64,000 nt of DNA, from the NCBI RefSeq assembly GCF_009914755.1, contig NC_060943.1. One strand, written 5' to 3'. The notes under the pieces were generated by a model. It saw nothing but the letters and a program-made list of their open reading frames with translations. It was not told where the DNA came from and searched no databases. The translations under genes and the position numbers were made by a program. Of this stretch, positions 56,611-64,000 are shown in pieces (position 1 is the stretch's first letter; every line of letters begins with the position of its first letter). The stretch is from the human T2T-CHM13v2.0 reference genome, Homo sapiens.

Positions 56611-57499
56611 CCAACAGAGAGAGAAATTTCTGGCCCGGTGGGCCAGTAGGGCCAGCTCTGGGATTTTTAAGGCATTTCAGGATGAGAGGAAACATTTCTT
56701 AGATCTCATTGCAGTCCCAAGTTCCTGAAGCTCTTAAATTCTTTTTCAATATCAGGGCATGTGTTCTCGGGGTAGGGGATGAGCCAGCCAGGGGGCTTCC
56801 CGGGTGCAAGCCCCCAGCGTGTAGGACTGAAGGGCCCTGGGACCTGTGTAGTTGTGGATGAATGGGGAGCTCTTTGGAGATGTTGAGAGACCAATGGGAT
56901 GCTGAGGCCTGAGCTTCTACCTGCTGTCTGCTTCTTTCTCCCTGTCATCCCAGTGCCCACATCCCCCCAGGTCCTCATACCCCCAACTCCTTCACCTACT
57001 CCCCTCAAAGGGGTGTTTGGAGGATAATACCAAGTAAGCTCTAATTTCTGGGTTAGACAATGTGGGAGAGAGTGAAGATGTGTTATGTCTACATGGAGTT
57101 CCTACTCAGGGCTCGGTGGTGCTTGGCATTAGGAAACCTTGTTGATCATGCAGGGGGAGGGGCTGACCATTTTGGAGGATCCTATGGTGACTCCATGACA
57201 TGGATCACCACCTGCTGGTTTGCTGTTTTATGCTGGTTTACCTTTTTCATACTTTAGACCTTGTAGATGGTGGGGTTGGGAGGCTACCAATTGGGACTCT
57301 GCTGGATGACCTTTTGTCCACAGTAGGAGGCCTTATTCCCATGTCATAGGCAGTGTTTGGAGGCTGGGCGAAGGTAGGAGGCATTTACAAACACACAGCT
57401 CGGAAGTGGCCTCACCAGACGGAGCCCAGAGCCGGCCATTGCCTGGTCAGTGGCTTCCCCACTCTGCCACGCAGGGTTTAAAGTGCATGCAGCTTTGCA

Positions 57500-57680
57500 A
57501 GCCCATTGCCTCATGAAGCACTCAGACCCTCTGTGACTGGCACCATTCTCCAGTGATCCAACTTTACCAACAAGGAAATGAAGGCTCATGAAGCTTTGGC
57601 GCTTTGCTCAGGACCACAGAGCCAGTGCTAGCAGAGTTTAGATTCAGACTTGGCTCCCGGAGTCCCTTGGTGTTTTGAGG
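57500..57680 (-). mobile_element. MIR
   Basis: aaggaaatgaaggctca...tgctcaggaccacagagccagt. Confidence 0.65.
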
Positions 57681-58742
57681 TGCTCGAATGCCCAGGCAAG
57701 CCTGTTCAGGCAGCATTAAAAGTGGCCCGTGTGTCTCCCTGTGTTGAGGAGGATTGGGCCATCTCTGTGCATGTCTGGGGGCTGTGGGGACACTTTGCTC
57801 AGCTACCTGCTGCTCCCCTTCCCTGAAAAGCAAGGGCTGCTATTCTTGCCTGCTTCTTCTGGGGGGCTTGTTGGAGGACACACTCATCTTGGGATCCTTG
57901 TCTCTGGTCTGAATTTCTTTGGACCAGTCTATGGGATTCCCAGACTTTGGGAAGTTCCCATTGAGAATTTGCCAGACTTGTTATTTTCATCTGTGATCAC
58001 AAGAAAAACAAGCAAACTTGACCTTCCTCCTGGAAGCTGCTACCCAGGAGGCTAGTCCTGGAGCTAGGTCAGTTCATTTATTAAAGCATTCATTTATTCA
58101 CCCCATTTGGGGTGAATATTGGCTGGACACCGGCCACGTGCAAAGTATGGAGGAGGAGGAACCTCAGCCCTTGTCCTTTGCACTTTACAGGCTAGAAGGA
58201 AAGCTGGTGTCAAAGAAGAACAAAATTCAAGCCCTGTATCTAGCCAGAGAAGCCAGCTGGGGGCCACTTGGGATGGGACCAGGTGCTAACCGCGGTGATA
58301 ACTGGGAGTGACGTGGCCTGACTTATAATCAAGAAAGGTCACCCATGTGGATATATCAGAAGAAAACAAAGTTGCCTCTCAGGAACTACCAGGAATAAAT
58401 TTACACTCCTCTCAGTCTCTACAAGGGGAAACACAGTGAAAACTTAGCTAAAAGTGTCACAGTTGTATTGTGTAAACTACACTGCCCTTCAAGCAGCATG
58501 GGACATCACACTGCCAGGGACACGAACACTGGACCGGGAGGGCCATTCGCAGGGCACCACCCAGGGCTTCTGTTGGTCTGCAGGTACCAAGACAATGGAC
58601 AGTGGAGTGGCCTCAGCTGTCTCCTTGGCTCCTCTGCTCTGTGGCCTGAGCCAGACCTGAAGGTTTTGTCCTTTGGAAGTCCACCAGCTGGGAACAGGTC
58701 TCCAGAAAGATCCATGTGCCTGTGCCTGATTGGCAGAGCTGG

Positions 58743-58754
58743 ATATATATATAT

Positions 58755-58799
<45 letters not shown>

Positions 58800-58848
58800 T
58801 ACACATATATATACATATATATATACATATATATAATATATATATAAT
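58743..58848 (+). repeat. (TA)n microsatellite
   Basis: Read directly from the sequence. Confidence 0.95.
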
Positions 58849-59839
58849 TTTTTGCTAATTTTAATGTCAACTGAAGTATTTATTACTACAAGATATTGAA
58901 GGGTTCAGCATTTATTCAAAAAAATTTTTTAAGCTGATCCAAGGATTGCGTTCATCTGATATGTTCTCAAATGAAAAGGGCTAGATAAGTCAGTGCAGCT
59001 CAAAAATGGCAGTAACTTCAGAGCTGGCAATTGACACTTGTTTTCTGCCACTGTTTACTCTTCAATAAAAAATGCATATTTACCATAGCAACCTCCTGAT
59101 CACGTGGAGCCCTATCCTACATGCGACCCTCTAAAACAGAATAGCTTCTTAAAGGAACACACACATCCTAATAGGCATGCTTTTCAGATGCAAAAACGTG
59201 TTCTTTATAAGGAAGCCCTCTTTCCTGGGATTTAGTGCTAATAAACATGTCATCCTTGTAGAAATCATTTTGGTCCCCTGTCTTAAATTTTAAGATGTTC
59301 ATTCTGGAAATCCAAATAAAATTACTCTTGGAGGGGCTTTCAATTATCTTAAGGATTTGTTGATTATTTATTTTAATATGGTTCTAAATATATATATTTG
59401 TGTTTATACATGCACATAGGTATATATATTTTAAACAGCAACCGTTAGTATCATCTGGAAGGGAGTTTGGTGCAGATTCTAACGACCTGCCGCTTCATCT
59501 GTGATTAAAGATTGTCATCTATGCGAAGCTCAGTGGCAGCCTGAATTGTTTTTTACTGTTAACTTGGGAGGATTGCCTGGGGTTTTAGAGCTTTGGAGGA
59601 GCTGCCCCAACTGGACTTTTCAGGGAAGGATCATGTCCCCTCATGCTGGCACTTTGTATGTGTCTGATTCCATAGCTTGGAGCTGGCTTGGGGTTGGCGC
59701 GGGGGCACTGCCAGGGACACGAACACTGAAAGCTGCTACTCAGGAGGCTAGTCCTGGAGCTAAAACCACAGATCTGCCCCCTCCCCATGCCATCTTTACA
59801 TATGACGCGTTGCTTTGGCAATATTCATGTTGAAAGCCA

Positions 59840-60055
59840 CTATTAATTGGAGCATAACCTCCATCAGGCACCATGCTAAGTGATTTATATACCTTAGACT
59901 CTACAATCCTTTGAGACATGAATTCTTGTGACTATTCCCGTTTTGCAGATAAGGAAACCAAGCCTCAGAGAGGTTATGTAATTTGCCCAGGATTACACGC
60001 CTAAGACCTGGGGAACTTGGTTTTGACCTGGGGCTTTTGGACTGCAAACCTCTCC
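59840..60055 (-). mobile_element. MIR
   Basis: attcccgttttgcagataaggaaaccaagcctcagagaggttatgtaatttgcccagg. Confidence 0.85.
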
Positions 60056-60589
60056 GCTTATTCTGTCTTCTGAACCTGTCTGTCAGATTTAGCTCTGGAA
60101 GGACAAGTGGCGACAAGATGGAGAAGCCTTTGGAGATAGGGACAGTGACAGTGGCTTCCCTCTCAGAATGCTTCCTCCAGAGATTCCTGGGTACTCTCAG
60201 TTTCAGCAGAGATTTGTGGAACTCTTTTCATACTCTGATTTTTTTTTTTAATGCCTGCACCTGGCAGTCAGGCACCCTTCCCCTGTGCTGGGCTGAAGTC
60301 AGGGCTGGAGTGCCAAGGGTCTCTGGATGCCACAGCCCCAGGGAGAGGTGGTATGGCTGTGTGACCACAAGTGTGGTCAATGCCTCTCTGAGGCACCACT
60401 GTAGGCTAAGGAGGCATCCCAGCCGGGCCTGGTGGATTTTTAGTTTCTTTCAATGTGAGAAACAAGAACGTATTTGTGAGTCTGTTATGCTTAGTGGCTT
60501 TGGGGCAAAATCCGATTGTGAAGTGAAGCTGGGTTCTCCATGGCACAGAGGCATTGTGACCTGCACTCCACGGAGGGGCATTGCCCCCA

Positions 60590-61010
60590 CCCCGTGCCCA
60601 GGCCAGCCAATCCGACGGCGGCAGGCTCACAAGCCATTTCATAATTATCCATCACGAATGCCTCCATGCCGCCCTAATAGATTATTTAAAATGGTGTGTG
60701 TGTCTCTCATGCAACCTCAAGTCAGCCCCAAACTGTACATGCGTACAGCCTGGGAGAGGTAATTGTTTATCATGTATCTCTTTGTTGCAGACACTTTTAT
60801 AAAAGAGTATGTATTATGTATGGTGTGACCTTCAAATGTCAGGAATGTGTTTTGCAATAAACTGTCAATATTTGTGGTTATAAGGTACTAGATGACTTTT
60901 ACAATAATTGGAACGGCTATATTAAAAGCTGGGATCACTCGGCTGGTTAAAGAGAAAGACACAGGCCAGCGTTCATCAGGGACTTGCCTTCTGCCAACTA
61001 TTAAATGAAA
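60590..61010. promoter_or_regulatory. Candidate conserved enhancer or promoter-like element
   Basis: CCAAT 60607, local CpGs, TAATTA, TGTTTAT, TGACCTT, ACAAT; repeat-free. Confidence 0.4.
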
Positions 61011-61974
61011 GATAGTGCAAGGTGCTCAAGATGTCTTCTTTGTTTAAAAAAGAATATGGCAAGACACATCTCTAGGGGAGGCGTTATCTCCAAATCATCC
61101 CTTCTCCTTTCAGTGTGCTCAATTCCCAGGAGAAAACTCAACTCCGCAAGTTATAGTGACTGACCAAATACATTTTAAAAAAGATTGGTCCAGTTTGTTC
61201 CTGGTGTCATTTAGGTAAGAATTCCTGGAGTCAGATCTTCCATCTTCTCCCCTCCTCCACCCCCACCCAAACAGGAGGGGCTGTAAATTATCTTAAGAGG
61301 ATCTTAAAAGCTATAGTGTTCTTTTTTTCTTTCTTAGTAAAATAAATTACGTAGACATCTTTTGGGAATTTATGCTTTAGTGAAAGTAGAGGCTTATACT
61401 ATAATTTTCATTTTTTGTTTAAAGAAAGGAGTACTTAATTTAAATTATGAAGAAGCAAAGGCATAACAAATATTTTATTATAATTATTATAGTAATTGGA
61501 TCATAGATTACATTAAAAATATCTGTTTCACTATGCTCTTCTATGGGTGAGTATCTCTTTATGCTTATGTGAAGTCGTTTCTCCTTATGATAGTCAGATC
61601 TTCGTTTTTAACCAGGAAGGAATTGAGTAAATGAAATGGGGAAAGGGGCCTCACACTTTAGTCTTCTAAGGAGCTCTCTTGTGGCCTTGCTGATTATAAT
61701 TGTGTGTTTGTGGTTCCTTCCACCTGGATGGAGGGAGAACTGGGTGACACCCTGAGGCCCCTTCCTCCAGGAAGCCTCCCTGGACATCCCCAGGCCTCCT
61801 CACCCTGCAATCATCCAACTCCAGCACCTGCATGCGCTGAACACTCTGGAGCACTTCCGATGTTTTGACGGTGCCCTGGACTATTTCTCCCCACCAGCTG
61901 CTCAAAGTAGCTTCCCTCTCATAGTCAGGAACTGGTCTTAATATCTGAATTCCAACTTGCTTGCCTTCCCTGAT

Positions 61975-62500
61975 GCTTTTATTTGTTGAAAAAGTATTTA
62001 TAAAGCACCTGCTATGAGCTGAGGACGTCTCGCATGCTAGAAATGTCACGGCAGGCCATAGTGCCTGGCCCCTGTTCTCCTGGAGCTGACATTCTAGGAA
62101 GGGGACAGGCAGTGAGCAGTTTAATACACAGATCAGCTGACCATCTGTGAAGGGCGATGTGGAAGGTGACATGGGCTGAGAGCTGGGGGTTGGGAGATTT
62201 CCTTCCAACAGTGCGATCAGAGACAATCTCTCTCAGAGAGGTGACTTTTACACGAAAGTTAGAAGAGCATTCTTGGGGAAAGAGAATTCCAGGAGGAGGG
62301 GAAGCAGGACCAAAGCCTTACTGGAGAAGGGACGTAGCCTCAGAGGAGAACAGAAAGTTGGGAACCAGCCTCAGAGGAGAACAGAAAGGTGAGGGTTGGA
62401 GTGCAGGTGGGGAGTTGGGATGAAGTCAGAGCAGTAGGGAGGCCACCTGGACATATTGAGACACAGCTGGAGGTTATTCTAAAAAGCAATGAAATGAGTA
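61975..62500 (-). mobile_element. L2 fragment
   Basis: gtatttataaagcacctgctatg...ggagctgacattctag...gaggtgactttt...attccaggagg. Confidence 0.65.
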
Positions 62501-62994
62501 GCTGGTCCCTGCCCTGCCCCCAACCAGAGGCTGTTCCCAGGAGATGGCAGCGGCCTGGGCTGAATCTCTCAGACTCATTCTCCTGCCTGGGTCTTCTCAC
62601 CAAGGCCAGGTTCTTAGGTGACCCTGCTCAGCGACACGAATGGTCTCTGGGGTGGGCTCCAGCCCACAGTCCCTGTCCCACAGAGAAGAGACAGGTGTGC
62701 AGAGCCCAAAGAGACATGTCACACCTGATGTCTTGTCCCAGGTCAATTCTGTGAATCCCAAACCTTGCCCGCTGCATCCAGGGTTGCAGTCTCTAGCCTG
62801 GGGACTGAGAGTACCTGCCCACAGCCAGCCCATAGCCACCCCTTGGGGCCTTGGCAAGATGTGGCGGTCTGCGGATGACAGGGGATGTTGTCACAGCAGC
62901 ATCACATGGTGCCAGAGGGCAGAGACCCCATGGGTGGCCTAATCCCCAGCAGGGAGTTTCACAGACTCCACCAACAATTAAGAACAGGTTCAGG

Positions 62995-63412
<418 letters not shown>

Positions 63413-63450
63413 TTAACTCATCAAAATGTTGCTTTAGAGAAGGTATTTGA

Positions 63451-63806
<356 letters not shown>

Positions 63807-64000
63807 AATTAGCCTTTTGATGACCTACTTCCCCAATTCCAGAAATCGTCTCTTGCCACCAGCAAATGGAACTCTGCCCAGTTTTGAGTTTGGGTAGAGG
63901 GTGAGACATGGCAACATGGAAAACATGCCACCTCTCTATCTCACGTGTCCCAGGGCTCACCAGTGAGGTCCAATCCCGACCCCGTTGGTAATAACCCACG

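Noticed and set aside
59983-60762. Longest ORF (259 aa)
   Set aside because: It has a non-ATG start inside a MIR, no recognisable domain and a composition typical of random sequence, with no splice support.

Overview
This is primate, almost certainly human, non-coding genomic DNA: an intron or gene desert. I found no credible protein-coding gene, RNA gene, CpG-island promoter or CRISPR array. The ORF track is explained by Alu and L1 remnants, low-complexity sequence and chance. The window holds about 23 Alu/FLAM copies (J, S, Y and one very young Ya5-lineage copy), L1PA/PB/MA/MB/MC/ME fragments, many MIR/L2 relics, two LTRs, a MER45A and a near-complete piggyBac-type MER85 MITE. It also contains a 64-67 bp minisatellite with higher-order structure, a (GGAA)16 array and several transposon-poor AT-rich blocks dense in homeobox/FOX/SOX/TCF motifs, which resemble the conserved enhancers found around developmental regulator genes. 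The most unusual sequence-level signals are small local templated insertions and duplications, one of which looks like a captured circle or tandem-duplication junction. I see no evidence of a new multi-gene system. Subfamily calls and old-repeat boundaries were made by eye and are approximate, and the locus was not identified.
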